Assembly: GCA_021513695.1 (NCBI GenBank)
Contig: CP084166.1
Location: forward strand, 2,912,001-2,976,000
DNA from: Candidatus Heimdallarchaeum aukensis
Lineage (GTDB): Archaea; Asgardarchaeota; Heimdallarchaeia; Heimdallarchaeales; Heimdallarchaeaceae
Direction of reading: 5' to 3'
Length of the DNA stretch: 64,000 nucleotides
The notes beneath the pieces were generated by a model. It did no database searches and had not been told where the DNA came from. It saw only the letters and a program-made list of their open reading frames with translations. Shown here in pieces: positions 17,990 to 28,046 of the stretch. A program made the position numbers and the translations under genes. Every line of letters starts with the position of its first letter. Positions within the stretch are counted from its first letter, which is position 1.

Positions 17990-19362
17990 AATTTAACCTC
18001 CATTTCAGGAAATAATGTCATAAAATGCGCAATAATTAATTGACGAACTAGTAGTCTTTTGTATTTTGCACTTCCTCTTACATCACTTATAGGACTTATT
18101 TCTGAGTCAGCTATTTCTAACGCTTCTCTAACTACTTCAGAATTAACCTCTTTATCATTTAGAAAGTTTGAAGTTTTTTCTAAATATTTAGGAACGGGAG
18201 CTACTCCTCCTACAGATAAATGGACATTCTTGATCTTATTTTCTTCTTTTTCAAACGATATTGCGCTGTTTACACTTGCTATATCTACATATTTTCGCAT
18301 AGCTACTTTTTCAAAATTGAAAAATCTCTTTTTTGATTTAATTCTTAACGATTCTACCACTTCTCCTTCTTCTAAATCCATTTGTTTGTATCCTTTGTAA
18401 AAATCTTTAAGAGGTAGAATTCTACTTTTTTCTCCTTTTCTCAATGATATTTCTGCTCCTAATCCTAAAAAATAGATTGTTAAATCTCCTATTGGAGACG
18501 CATTAACTAGGTTCCCTCCTAAAGTCGCTCTTATTCTTATTGGTAACGCAGAAACAACTCTTAAATCATTCTTTATATCAAAAAGCTCATTCAACTCTTC
18601 TGATAAGCGAATATCTTCCATACTCGCTAAAGCACCAATGTAAATATACCCATCTTCTTCCCAAATATCGTTTCTAATTTGCAGTTGAGACAGAAAAACA
18701 GGTTTTTCTATTTTCTCTCTTTGAACAAGTAAATCTGTTGCTCCTGCGACATTTGTTCCTTTACCATTTGATTCTAATTTTTCATTTAATTTCTCTAATT
18801 TTTCATGTATATTTTTAAAATATTCAGGAATAACGCCTAATTCAATTAGATAATTAACTCTCGCCGAATAATTAAGATCTTCTACTTTTATTTTTTCAGC
18901 TATTTTTTCTGCAGCACGCTTTATTGCTGCATAAGTTCCACATCTACACAAATTACCTTCAATTGCTGTTAAGATATCTTCTTTTACAAAAATTTCATTT
19001 AAGAAAAATCCAGTCAAACTCATAACAAAACCAGGAGTGCAAAATCCACACTGTGAAGCTCCTTCCTCCACTATTGCTTCTTGAATTGGAGTTAACTTTT
19101 CTTGATTTATTCCTTCAATAGTTACAACATGTTTTCCTATTATTTCTCCTAGAGGTAATATACAAGAAGTAACAGCTTTATATTTTACTGTAGATTCTTC
19201 CATTTCTCCAAGTAAAATCATACAAGCGCCACATTCTCCTTCATGACAAGCTTCTTTTACTCCAGTGAATCCTTTTTTTCTTAAAAAATCTAAAGTTGAA
19301 CTTCCTAAAGGAGCATCTATTTCTTCAATTTTGTTATTTAGTACGAACTTCATTTTTTTCAC
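17986..19362 (-). CDS. xdhA: xanthine dehydrogenase family 2Fe-2S + FAD-binding subunit (fused small/medium subunits)
   Basis: 2Fe-2S motifs CHEGECGACM, QCGFCTPGF and NLCRCGTY are followed by a CO-dehydrogenase-flavoprotein-like FAD domain. Confidence 0.85.
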   Translation of the reverse strand: MKKMKFVLNNKIEEIDAPLGSSTLDFLRKKGFTGVKEACHEGECGACMILLGEMEESTVKYKAVTSCILPLGEIIGKHVVTIEGINQEKLTPIQEAIVEEGASQCGFCTPGFVMSLTGFFLNEIFVKEDILTAIEGNLCRCGTYAAIKRAAEKIAEKIKVEDLNYSARVNYLIELGVIPEYFKNIHEKLEKLNEKLESNGKGTNVAGATDLLVQREKIEKPVFLSQLQIRNDIWEEDGYIYIGALASMEDIRLSEELNELFDIKNDLRVVSALPIRIRATLGGNLVNASPIGDLTIYFLGLGAEISLRKGEKSRILPLKDFYKGYKQMDLEEGEVVESLRIKSKKRFFNFEKVAMRKYVDIASVNSAISFEKEENKIKNVHLSVGGVAPVPKYLEKTSNFLNDKEVNSEVVREALEIADSEISPISDVRGSAKYKRLLVRQLIIAHFMTLFPEMEVKL

Positions 19363-19519
19363 TGTTTTCTATTCTACCAAACATATCATAGCTCAAAGTT
19401 TACCTTTTAATGAGCTATAATATACTCTATTTATTACAAAGTTTCTAATTTTACGATATAAGTCTTATTAATCAAACAATTTATTTTCTTATTTTTTATG
19501 CAAGTGATTTGTTTTTCAA

Positions 19520-20758
19520 TTATTGAGTTTCGAACATCTTAACTATTTCTTCTTTTGAATATGACTTACTTGAGATAACTCCTTCTACAGCTTTAATATC
19601 TTTTAATCCATTTCCAGTTACAGCGACACAGACAGAATCTTCTTTTCTTATTTTTCCTTCTTTTATTAATTTTTTCAATCCTGCATATGGTGCTACAGCA
19701 GCTGGTTCTGCAAATAAGCCTGTTTCTTTTCCTAATTCTGAAATTGCTTCCAATATTTCTTCATCACTTACAGTCACATAGTATCCTCCACTTTCAGCGA
19801 CATATTTACAAGCTTTAATTACATCCCTTGGTGTTCCCACACTTATACTATCGGCAACTGTTGAGCCTTTAATTGGATGAGGAGTATAAGGTTCTCCTTT
19901 GTCAAAAACATGTTTAATTGCAGCTATTCCTTCTGCTTGTACTCCTATTATTTTAGGTATTGATTCTATTAATCCTATTTCCTTAAACTCTTTAAAACCC
20001 TTATACAGAGAACTTACTACTGTTCCATCTCCCACTCCTACAAGAACATAATCTGGAACTTTGAAATCATTTTGTACTGCAATCTCAAAGGCTCCCGTTT
20101 TTTTTCCCTCCAACAAATAAGGATTTATTGCTGCATGTCTGCAATACCACCCTTTCTTCAACCCAAGTTCCAAAGATAGATCATAAACTTCATCATATGT
20201 TCCTTCTACAGCGAAAACTTTTGCTCCTGATATTTCTAGTTGAGCTCTCTTTCCTCCGGGTATAGTTGAGGGGACGAAAATATAAGTTTCCATGGGCGTA
20301 TGAGCATTTAGCATAGCTAAAGAAGAGGCAGCATTACCTGTTGAAGCACAGAAAACAGTATCATTTTTTTCATCCAGAGCCATATTTATTGCTATTGAAC
20401 TTGCTCTATCTTTGTAAGAACTTGAAGGATTAGACCCATCATATTTTAACATTAAATCTTTTAAACCCAGTAAATCGAATTTATATAAGGGAGTTCCTCC
20501 TACATAGGGATCAAATTTTCCTTTTGCCTTTGTTGGTAAAAGAAAATCAAATTGATACATTGAAGCTTTTTTATAGAAATTCTTCTGAACTACGACGGGG
20601 TTCTCTTTTATCTTTTCATAGTCATAGATCACTTCAAGTGTACCCATAATTGGTCCACATTTTTCACAGAAGTATAGTCCTGGTCTAGGTTCATATTCTT
20701 TTTTGCAAGAAATGCAACGAAGGAAGTAGCTGCTCATTTGAATTCCTCTTTTTTTCAT
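19520..20758 (-). CDS. threonine-synthase-like fold-type-II PLP enzyme with an N-terminal Cys4 zinc ribbon
   Basis: N-terminal CISCKKEY...CEKCGP plus the PLP-lysine motif SNPSSSYKDRAS. The position inside the catabolic cluster suggests a non-ThrC role. Confidence 0.55.
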   Translation of the reverse strand: MKKRGIQMSSYFLRCISCKKEYEPRPGLYFCEKCGPIMGTLEVIYDYEKIKENPVVVQKNFYKKASMYQFDFLLPTKAKGKFDPYVGGTPLYKFDLLGLKDLMLKYDGSNPSSSYKDRASSIAINMALDEKNDTVFCASTGNAASSLAMLNAHTPMETYIFVPSTIPGGKRAQLEISGAKVFAVEGTYDEVYDLSLELGLKKGWYCRHAAINPYLLEGKKTGAFEIAVQNDFKVPDYVLVGVGDGTVVSSLYKGFKEFKEIGLIESIPKIIGVQAEGIAAIKHVFDKGEPYTPHPIKGSTVADSISVGTPRDVIKACKYVAESGGYYVTVSDEEILEAISELGKETGLFAEPAAVAPYAGLKKLIKEGKIRKEDSVCVAVTGNGLKDIKAVEGVISSKSYSKEEIVKMFETQ

Positions 20759-21837
20759 GTTAATACTCCACTAATTGCATCATAAGGACAACGAGATTCG
20801 CATAAACCGCACTGGATGCATTTGTTTTTGTCAACAATAATTTTTCCATCCTCTGATAATGCTCCAGCAGGACATATTTTCACGCAAAGACCACATAATG
20901 TGCACTTTTCATTAAATTCTGGAAAATTATTCTCTTTTTCTTCTTCAACTCTGAAAATAGTCTCCTTCCTTACTTTTCTTATTTCCTCAATTGATGAGAA
21001 ACCATACTTTTCCAATGCCTTAGGTAGATCTTTCACTATTTTATCGTAAAGATATCTCCCTTTAATTAAAGCGGAAGAAAGCATTTGAACCAAATCAGCT
21101 CCTGCAAAAATGAACTCTAACACATCTTCAGCTTTTGCTATTCCTCCTACTCCAATAATTGGTAAATCAGGAAAAGCTTTTCTTATATGATATACTCTAT
21201 GCAAAGCTATAGGTTTGATAGCTGGTCCACTGATCCACACTTCATCTCCAAGTAAGAGAGAACGGTTCTTTAGATCTACTGCAGTAGCTGGTCCTAAAGA
21301 GTTTATTGCTACTATTCCTGTAGCTCCAGCGTCAATTACTGTTTTTACGAAACCCAGATAGTCTGTTACATGAGGGCTGAGTTTCATAAAAATAGGTTTA
21401 TCTGTATTTTCCCTTATACTTCTCACGATTCCATCTAGATTTTCTTTGACATAATGTGTTGAAATTTCAAAGAAATCAGCAAAAGGGTCTAGCTTTGGAA
21501 TTAAATATCTAAAGTCTTCTTCTACATATCCTGCACTTATAATCAGTGGTTTATTTTTTTCCGAGTGAACTTTCGGTAGAATAGTTTCTATCCATTCATC
21601 AGAATGAAGTTCTGACCATAATTCTCTGTTATAAATTGTGTTTGATGTACCAGCTATACAAGGTTTCTTTACTACTGCTCCTTTTATTGAAATGGTTTTT
21701 GAGACCATGTAACCACAAGAATTGTTATTAAAAAACAGCATATTCTCTAATCCTTCACATAACGGTCCAGCAGCAGGACCTAAAGGGTTTGAAAATTTTT
21801 TTCCTAATAGTTCTATTGACAGATCCATTTTTTTCAC
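20755..21837 (-). CDS. dihydroorotate/dihydropyrimidine dehydrogenase (PreA/PydA)-family TIM-barrel flavoenzyme with a C-terminal 2x[4Fe-4S] ferredoxin domain
   Basis: A class-1 DHODH-like N-terminus with two CxxCxxCxxxCP motifs (CTLCGLCVKICP and CIQCGLCESRCP). Overlaps the upstream gene by 4 bp. Confidence 0.7.
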   Translation of the reverse strand: MKKMDLSIELLGKKFSNPLGPAAGPLCEGLENMLFFNNNSCGYMVSKTISIKGAVVKKPCIAGTSNTIYNRELWSELHSDEWIETILPKVHSEKNKPLIISAGYVEEDFRYLIPKLDPFADFFEISTHYVKENLDGIVRSIRENTDKPIFMKLSPHVTDYLGFVKTVIDAGATGIVAINSLGPATAVDLKNRSLLLGDEVWISGPAIKPIALHRVYHIRKAFPDLPIIGVGGIAKAEDVLEFIFAGADLVQMLSSALIKGRYLYDKIVKDLPKALEKYGFSSIEEIRKVRKETIFRVEEEKENNFPEFNEKCTLCGLCVKICPAGALSEDGKIIVDKNKCIQCGLCESRCPYDAISGVLT

Positions 21838-21844
21838 TTTCCAA

Positions 21845-23155
21845 TTAATTCATTTTTTCTATTCTTTCCCATAATTTTTTAGAAGCATCAGTTGCTTCTT
21901 TGTAAATCGTTTCTTCTTCAAAAATACTATTGTACTCTTTTATTAGAGGTTTGCCTTTTACAAATACCCAAGAAGGTTTAAGGTTATCAAATATTCCAAA
22001 GAATAAATGGCCAAAAACGTTATTCTCATTCATTGTTGTGGGTTGAATATAGTCAACTAATATAAAGTCAGCAACATAATCTTCTTTTATTTTTCCGATT
22101 TTTATATTCATCATCTTTCCAAAATATTCGTAAGAATGAACAATATGTTCTTTTATCTCATCTAAGCCTATTCCTACAGGATTTTTCATTCCTGCTTTTC
22201 CTAAGTAAAACAGGTTAGTCCATTCTTTGGCTATATTTGTACCTAGACCATCAGTTCCTATCAAAATAGGGATATTGAATTGTTTATAAAGAGAGTAGTT
22301 GAAAAATCCTACAGCGTTGTTTAGATTAGAAGTTGGATTAAGAGCTATATAGGCTCCTTTTTTACTCATTATTTCTGCTTCTTTTTCATTAATATGAACA
22401 CAATGTGCAAAAATCGAGTTTTCATTAATTAAATTGTAATCATCATATCTTTCTACCACTCTTTTACCGTATTTAGATAAAGAATCGTCTTCATCTTCTT
22501 TACTTTCTGCTACATGAACATGTATAGGATTTTTTTCGATTATTTTACTTATTTTCTCCAAAGTTTCATTCGATAAGCTCATCGAAGCATGTAAACCGAA
22601 CATACCTTTAGCATCAGAGGAGTTAAAAGCTAGTCCTGAGAGATTTTCTTCAATACACTCTTCAACATCAAACCTGTCACTTGTTTCAAAGCAAAAAATC
22701 CCTCTCATTCCTAAGGTTTCAACTATTGCTCTTTTTAATTCAGTTAAACTGCCTTTAATATCTATTCCACTTGCATGATGGTCTATAAGAGATGTAACTC
22801 CATTTTTCAGTGATTCTATTCCATAAACTAACCCACTGTAATAGATTGTTGGGTTATCTAATTGACTGTCAAACTTCCACCAAAGTTGTTCTAACAATTC
22901 TTTGAAGCTTGTAGGGTTGAAAGGTATGGAAGCTCCTCTTACTAATGTAGAATAAATATGTGTATGAAAATTGATTAAACCAGGAAGGAGAAGCTTGTTT
23001 TTACCGTCTATTACTTGATCAATCTCATCATTTTTTCTGAAATTATCCATTGAACCTACTTCAACGATTTTTTCATTGAACAAGCAATAACCATCATCAA
23101 TAAATGTATCATAGTCATAGATTTTCACGTTAACAATAGCTTTCATATACATCAC
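21845..23155 (-). CDS. SsnA/chlorohydrolase-type metal-dependent aminohydrolase
   Basis: LLPGLINFHTHIYSTLVRG and HVHVAESKED are typical of the amidohydrolase-1/SsnA/guanine-deaminase-like family. Confidence 0.7.
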   Translation of the reverse strand: MMYMKAIVNVKIYDYDTFIDDGYCLFNEKIVEVGSMDNFRKNDEIDQVIDGKNKLLLPGLINFHTHIYSTLVRGASIPFNPTSFKELLEQLWWKFDSQLDNPTIYYSGLVYGIESLKNGVTSLIDHHASGIDIKGSLTELKRAIVETLGMRGIFCFETSDRFDVEECIEENLSGLAFNSSDAKGMFGLHASMSLSNETLEKISKIIEKNPIHVHVAESKEDEDDSLSKYGKRVVERYDDYNLINENSIFAHCVHINEKEAEIMSKKGAYIALNPTSNLNNAVGFFNYSLYKQFNIPILIGTDGLGTNIAKEWTNLFYLGKAGMKNPVGIGLDEIKEHIVHSYEYFGKMMNIKIGKIKEDYVADFILVDYIQPTTMNENNVFGHLFFGIFDNLKPSWVFVKGKPLIKEYNSIFEEETIYKEATDASKKLWERIEKMN

Positions 23156-23162
23156 AATAGTC

Positions 23163-24494
23163 TTAGAAATTATAATGTTTTCTTTTCAGATAGTTTCCTT
23201 TAACATCTTTTCCTACAAATTTTCTTTCTTTAACTAAAAATTGTCCTCTTTGAATCGTACTTTCTACAATTCCTTTAACTTTTATTCCTTCATATGGACT
23301 ATAATCTGACTTAGAGTGTCCTGCATCTATAGTTAATTCTCTGTTTGGGTCAAATATAACCAAATCAGCATCAGAATCTTCTTGTACAACTCCCTTTTGA
23401 GGATAGAGACCGTGTATTTTTGCAGGATTTATAGTAAACTTATCTATAATGCTTGTACCAAAAAGGTTGTACATCAGTGAGAAGCTATATTCAATTCCTC
23501 CTATTCCTTTTGGGACTTTACTAACTTCAGAATATCTGTACTTTTCTTCCTTTGTGAAAGGGCAATGATCAGTGCCTATAGTATGTATAAGATCAATGTT
23601 TTTCCTTAATCTTCCTTGTTCTTCTTTTGAACGCAGAGGAGGAGCAAGTAAGAACAACCTCCCATCATCTCTTTTGTACACTTCTCGAGTTAACCAAAAA
23701 TACTGAGGGCAACTCTCTAAAAAGAGGTTTTTTCCTAATAAATCATTACAATCTTCTTTCATAAATTCTAAAGCTGTGCCTGTAGTTAAATGAACAATAT
23801 ATGCTCTTCCCTCTGTTTCTTTAACTATAGTTGAAAGTTTCTCAACTTCTTTTAACTCTGCTTCTACAGGCCTAGAGCTCTCATATTGACTTAATATTTC
23901 ATATTTTTTTGAATTTAAAATTATATTGTCGTTCTCTGCATGAATTAAGATTAATAAATTTTCAACCTTGGAAAGTTGTAACAATTCTTTTAGTTTTTCA
24001 TCTGAAATCTTTCTATCACTTTCAGAGTAAGTAGTAAAGAGTTTAATTGAGGGGATACCATGTTTTAGAGAAATTTTTACTAATTCATCCACTTTGTCTT
24101 TATAATTTCCTACTGTTGTATGAAAACTAAAGTCAATATGGGAAAGTTTTGACTCTTCAAGTTTTTGATCAAACTTTTCTTTAAATTCACTAACAAAACT
24201 TATTGGTTCTAAAAAGTCTATAAATGTTGTAACTCCTCCAAAAGCTGCTGCAATAGAACCACTTTCGTAATCGTCTGCAGAGATAAACTCTCCAAGATTT
24301 AAATTTAGATGTACATGAGGATCAATAAAACCTGGAAGAATTATCTTTCCTTCACAATTTATTTCTTCACTACAATCATGCTTTTCCTTGTTAGATGTAA
24401 TTTTTTTGATTTTTTCTCCATCTATGTAAATATTTTCATGAGTTAATGAACCATTTCTATAAACTAAGCCATTTATCAATCCTAAACTATACAT
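23163..24494 (-). CDS. cyclic amidohydrolase (dihydropyrimidinase/hydantoinase/allantoinase family)
   Basis: LPGFIDPHVHLNL, a candidate carbamylated Lys in SIKLFTTYS, and HAEND. Confidence 0.75.
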   Translation of the reverse strand: MYSLGLINGLVYRNGSLTHENIYIDGEKIKKITSNKEKHDCSEEINCEGKIILPGFIDPHVHLNLNLGEFISADDYESGSIAAAFGGVTTFIDFLEPISFVSEFKEKFDQKLEESKLSHIDFSFHTTVGNYKDKVDELVKISLKHGIPSIKLFTTYSESDRKISDEKLKELLQLSKVENLLILIHAENDNIILNSKKYEILSQYESSRPVEAELKEVEKLSTIVKETEGRAYIVHLTTGTALEFMKEDCNDLLGKNLFLESCPQYFWLTREVYKRDDGRLFLLAPPLRSKEEQGRLRKNIDLIHTIGTDHCPFTKEEKYRYSEVSKVPKGIGGIEYSFSLMYNLFGTSIIDKFTINPAKIHGLYPQKGVVQEDSDADLVIFDPNRELTIDAGHSKSDYSPYEGIKVKGIVESTIQRGQFLVKERKFVGKDVKGNYLKRKHYNF

Positions 24495-24588
24495 TAATTT
24501 GATTTTAAATTTTTCACAAATATAGTTTTGGTTGAGTTTCTGTTTTCAATACAAACAATTTAATATATATTTTATTTTTTACTAATTA

Positions 24589-26052
24589 ATGACATTAATT
24601 CCTTTAGATATTAACTCTGAAACCAGAAAAGAGAACATTGAAAGAATAAAAGAGAGAGATATTATTATTCCTACTTTTGCTCAAATGAGGAATCCAGAAC
24701 TTATACCTTCCTCTATTAAAGAAGAATTAAAAGAGATTGGTCTATGGGATATTCATCCACGAAATCTCTTTAGAATAACTTGGAAAAATGAACCTGTTAA
24801 ATTCGGAGGAGGTTTTGGAGAACCTAACTACATTGAGCTTCCTCCTGAATTAACTGGAGTTGAAGCTAGAATCATTGCTTTGGTTGGAAAGTATTTTCCC
24901 ACTGGTGCTCACAAAGTAGGTGCAACTTTTGGTTGTTTAGCACCGCATTTAGTTTCTGGATCTTTTGATGTTAAAAGAATGAAAGCTGTGTGGCCAAGTA
25001 CAGGAAATTACTGTAGAGGAGGAGCTTACGTAGCTTCTTTATTAGCTTGTGAATCTATAGCTATCCTTCCAGAAGAAATGTCTCAAGAAAGGTTTAACTG
25101 GCTCAAAACTGTTGCTGGAGAGATTATTGCAACTCCAGGTTCAGAAAGTAATGTTAAGGAAATTTACGACAAAGTCTGGGAATTAAGAGCAGAGAGAGAA
25201 AATATTTTTGTTTTTAACCAATTTGAAGAATTCGGAAACTCTCTATTCCACTATGATGTCACTGGAAATGCTTTCAAAGAAGTTTTAAACAAAGAACTTG
25301 GTGGAGGAAGGTATCGTGGTGTTACTTTAACAACTGGTTCAGCGGGAACAATTGCCGTTGGAGATTTCCTCAAGGAATTATATCCCTCATCAAAAATTGC
25401 TGCAGGAGAAGCTTTACAATGTCCAACAATGTTACTAAATGGCTTTGGAGCGCATACAATTGAGGGAATAGGTGATAAACACATTCCGTGGATTCATAAC
25501 GTCAAAAACACAGACATGGTTATTGCAATCGATGACAGAGATGTAATGTCAATTATGCGTCTTTTCAATGAAGAAGAAGGAAAGAAATATCTGGTTGAAC
25601 AAGGAGTTTCAGAAGAAATCGTGAATAAACTTGATTTGTTGGGTCTATCCAGTATTGCTAACATGCTTATGGCTATAAAATTCTCAAAGTATTATGAACT
25701 TACAAGAGAAGATGTTGTACTCACAGTATTCACTGATAGCATGGAACTTTACCAATCTAGGATTTTAGAAATGAGACAAAAATATGGAGATTATAATGTT
25801 AGAGATGCAATTAAAGACTTTCATCTCAGTTTACATGGTCAAAAGTTAGATAACTTACTTGAACTTACTTATCCACAAAAAAGAAGGATACACAACCTCA
25901 AATATTTCACTTGGATTGAGCAACAAGGAAGGCAGTTAGAAGAACTTAATGAACAGTGGTACAACGACTCTTACTGGAAAGAATTACGAACTTACCCTGA
26001 TAAAATTGATGAATTAATTAATCAATTCAACGAAGAAGTGGGATTAATATAA
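24589..26052 (+). CDS. fold-type-II (TrpB-like) PLP-dependent enzyme of unknown specificity
   Basis: PTGAHKVGAT resembles the S/A-F/H-K-x-x-G PLP-lysine motif of fold-type-II enzymes (for example DpaL). At 487 aa it carries a C-terminal extension. Confidence 0.4.
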   Translation: MTLIPLDINSETRKENIERIKERDIIIPTFAQMRNPELIPSSIKEELKEIGLWDIHPRNLFRITWKNEPVKFGGGFGEPNYIELPPELTGVEARIIALVGKYFPTGAHKVGATFGCLAPHLVSGSFDVKRMKAVWPSTGNYCRGGAYVASLLACESIAILPEEMSQERFNWLKTVAGEIIATPGSESNVKEIYDKVWELRAERENIFVFNQFEEFGNSLFHYDVTGNAFKEVLNKELGGGRYRGVTLTTGSAGTIAVGDFLKELYPSSKIAAGEALQCPTMLLNGFGAHTIEGIGDKHIPWIHNVKNTDMVIAIDDRDVMSIMRLFNEEEGKKYLVEQGVSEEIVNKLDLLGLSSIANMLMAIKFSKYYELTREDVVLTVFTDSMELYQSRILEMRQKYGDYNVRDAIKDFHLSLHGQKLDNLLELTYPQKRRIHNLKYFTWIEQQGRQLEELNEQWYNDSYWKELRTYPDKIDELINQFNEEVGLI

Positions 26053-26067
26053 ACAAAAAAAGAAAAA

Positions 26068-27924
26068 TTATTTTTTTCTTTTTAATTTTTTAACTCTGGC
26101 CAGTTTGCGAATAAAATAAAGAAATGTCACGAGAAAAACTATCCCAAAAGTTGGTGCATAGAAAATAAAGTCATTAGTATAAATAAAAAGATCAATGTTA
26201 TCATTAAAGCCATCAAAATCTGTATCTTTAGAAAAGGGATTTGTTCTTTTATTATATTCTTTGGCATTCGAAACCCCATCGTCATCAAAATCTTCATTCC
26301 CATCATTAACACCGTTATTATCACTGTCAATACAAGTAGGAGAAGTGTTGAGACATGAAATTTCATAACCATCAGGAAGAGAATCATTATCTGTATCCTT
26401 TTCAGCAACATTAGTTCCGTACAAATGCTCGCTATAATCAGATAAGCAATCATTATCTTGGTCTACTGCTAAAGAGCTCCCTCGTTGTAACGAATTACCT
26501 CTTGCTGTTCCCCAATAGATCCTTTTTCCTGTTAATCCTTGAGAGAAATCGTAGGCATAAATACCTAATCCTGACCAAAGAAGAATGACTTCATTTTCTC
26601 CATCATTATCTAAATCAACAATGGCGCCTGTATCTACAATATCTACAGAATCAAGTCTTTCTTCACTAGATGGATTGCTTATCTTCCATAAAGTTTCACC
26701 TGTTTTACCATTTAAAGCATAGTAAGATTCACATCCACCAATTAGCACATCAAGTCTATTATCATTATTGAGGTCGCCTATTAGAGGAGTTGAAAAAGTA
26801 ATGTAGAAGCAATCACAATCTGGAATATTAAGAGATTTTCCAAATTTAAAAGACCAAATAAGTCTTCCTTTTAAACCATCAAGCACATATAATTTTCCAT
26901 CTTCGCTTGTGAATATTATATCTAGAACGCCATCACAGTTCAAATCTCCTAAAGATGAACGACTACCTATATTACCTCCAGTCATATACTCCCAAATCTT
27001 TCTTCCTGACTCAGCATCTATAGCATAGAAGAAATCATTATTTGATCCAACAAAAATTTCTAGTTTTCCATTCTCATCTACATCTGCAATTAATGGAGTT
27101 TTGAGAGTGTTATCTTTAGAATCTTTTTTCACAAAACTATGTTCCCAAAGTAGAGTATGGGTTTTTCCATCAACCGCTAACAGACTATCTAAATAGGTTC
27201 TAACAATAATATCATCGCATCCATCATCATTCAAATCCGTAACAGCAATAGTTCCAGATATGATTCGATAATCTTCATACTTCCATAATTCTGTTCCATT
27301 TTCAGGAGAAAGGCTAACAATTCCTCCTGGGTTGATTTGTTTATCCTTTTTCGAAGAAGAATAAGAAACTAAAACCTCTTGCTTTAAGTCATTATTTGTA
27401 TCTCCAAGTAGAGCATTACCAATATTATCTCCTGGAGGACTATAAGACCATATATTTGTAGAATCTTTCTCAAAAGCATATACAGTTCCATTTAAACCCA
27501 CGCTTAAAATAATTTCAAGTTCATTGTCCTTGTCTAAATCAAAAAGGTTAGCGCCGTAACACCATACAGTGGGAAACCAACAGCTTTCACATGTAAAGTT
27601 TTTACTCCAAAAAATGGAACCATTTAATCCATTAAGAGCGAATAAACCTAGATCACTAATACCTACTAGAACATCTAAGTTGTTATCATTGTTTATATCA
27701 ACAAATGAAATATCACCATAATTAGGAGATGGATTAATTAATCTCCATAAAACCTTATAATTACTATCGTTGAAAGAGGAGCTTCTAATACCAATGTTAT
27801 GTGTATTATTTGATTTACAAAAAGGAAAATCAAGTGCAACTGTAATATTTTTAATTGAAATAAAAGATAGTAACACAAAAAGTATTGTTGTTAAAAGAAG
27901 AATTTTTCTTTTATATATCGTCAT
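26068..27924 (-). CDS. cell-surface protein with a 7-8-blade FG-GAP (integrin-alpha-like) beta-propeller, thrombospondin-type-3-like Ca-binding repeats and a C-terminal TM anchor
   Basis: A signal peptide. Repeated D-x-N/D-x-D-G-x-x-D/E motifs (DINNDNNLDVLVG, DLDKDNELEIILS, DLNDDGCDDIIV, DVDENGKLEIFVG, DLNCDGVLDIIFT, DLNNDNRLDVLIG, DLDNDGENEVILL). A C-terminal DTDNDSLPDG/DSDNNGVNDGNEDFDDDGVSN/DTDFDGFND stretch is followed by a TM helix and RKLARVKKLKRKK. Confidence 0.65.
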   Translation of the reverse strand: MTIYKRKILLLTTILFVLLSFISIKNITVALDFPFCKSNNTHNIGIRSSSFNDSNYKVLWRLINPSPNYGDISFVDINNDNNLDVLVGISDLGLFALNGLNGSIFWSKNFTCESCWFPTVWCYGANLFDLDKDNELEIILSVGLNGTVYAFEKDSTNIWSYSPPGDNIGNALLGDTNNDLKQEVLVSYSSSKKDKQINPGGIVSLSPENGTELWKYEDYRIISGTIAVTDLNDDGCDDIIVRTYLDSLLAVDGKTHTLLWEHSFVKKDSKDNTLKTPLIADVDENGKLEIFVGSNNDFFYAIDAESGRKIWEYMTGGNIGSRSSLGDLNCDGVLDIIFTSEDGKLYVLDGLKGRLIWSFKFGKSLNIPDCDCFYITFSTPLIGDLNNDNRLDVLIGGCESYYALNGKTGETLWKISNPSSEERLDSVDIVDTGAIVDLDNDGENEVILLWSGLGIYAYDFSQGLTGKRIYWGTARGNSLQRGSSLAVDQDNDCLSDYSEHLYGTNVAEKDTDNDSLPDGYEISCLNTSPTCIDSDNNGVNDGNEDFDDDGVSNAKEYNKRTNPFSKDTDFDGFNDNIDLFIYTNDFIFYAPTFGIVFLVTFLYFIRKLARVKKLKRKK

Positions 27925-28046
27925 TAATCTATTATTAAAAAAAGCGTATATTAATATTAACTATCCAAGCTTACAAATTTAAACTCTTTAAAAAATGAAA
28001 AGAGAATATAAAAAATTTTAATTTACTAGGAAGAAAATTTCTTTTT

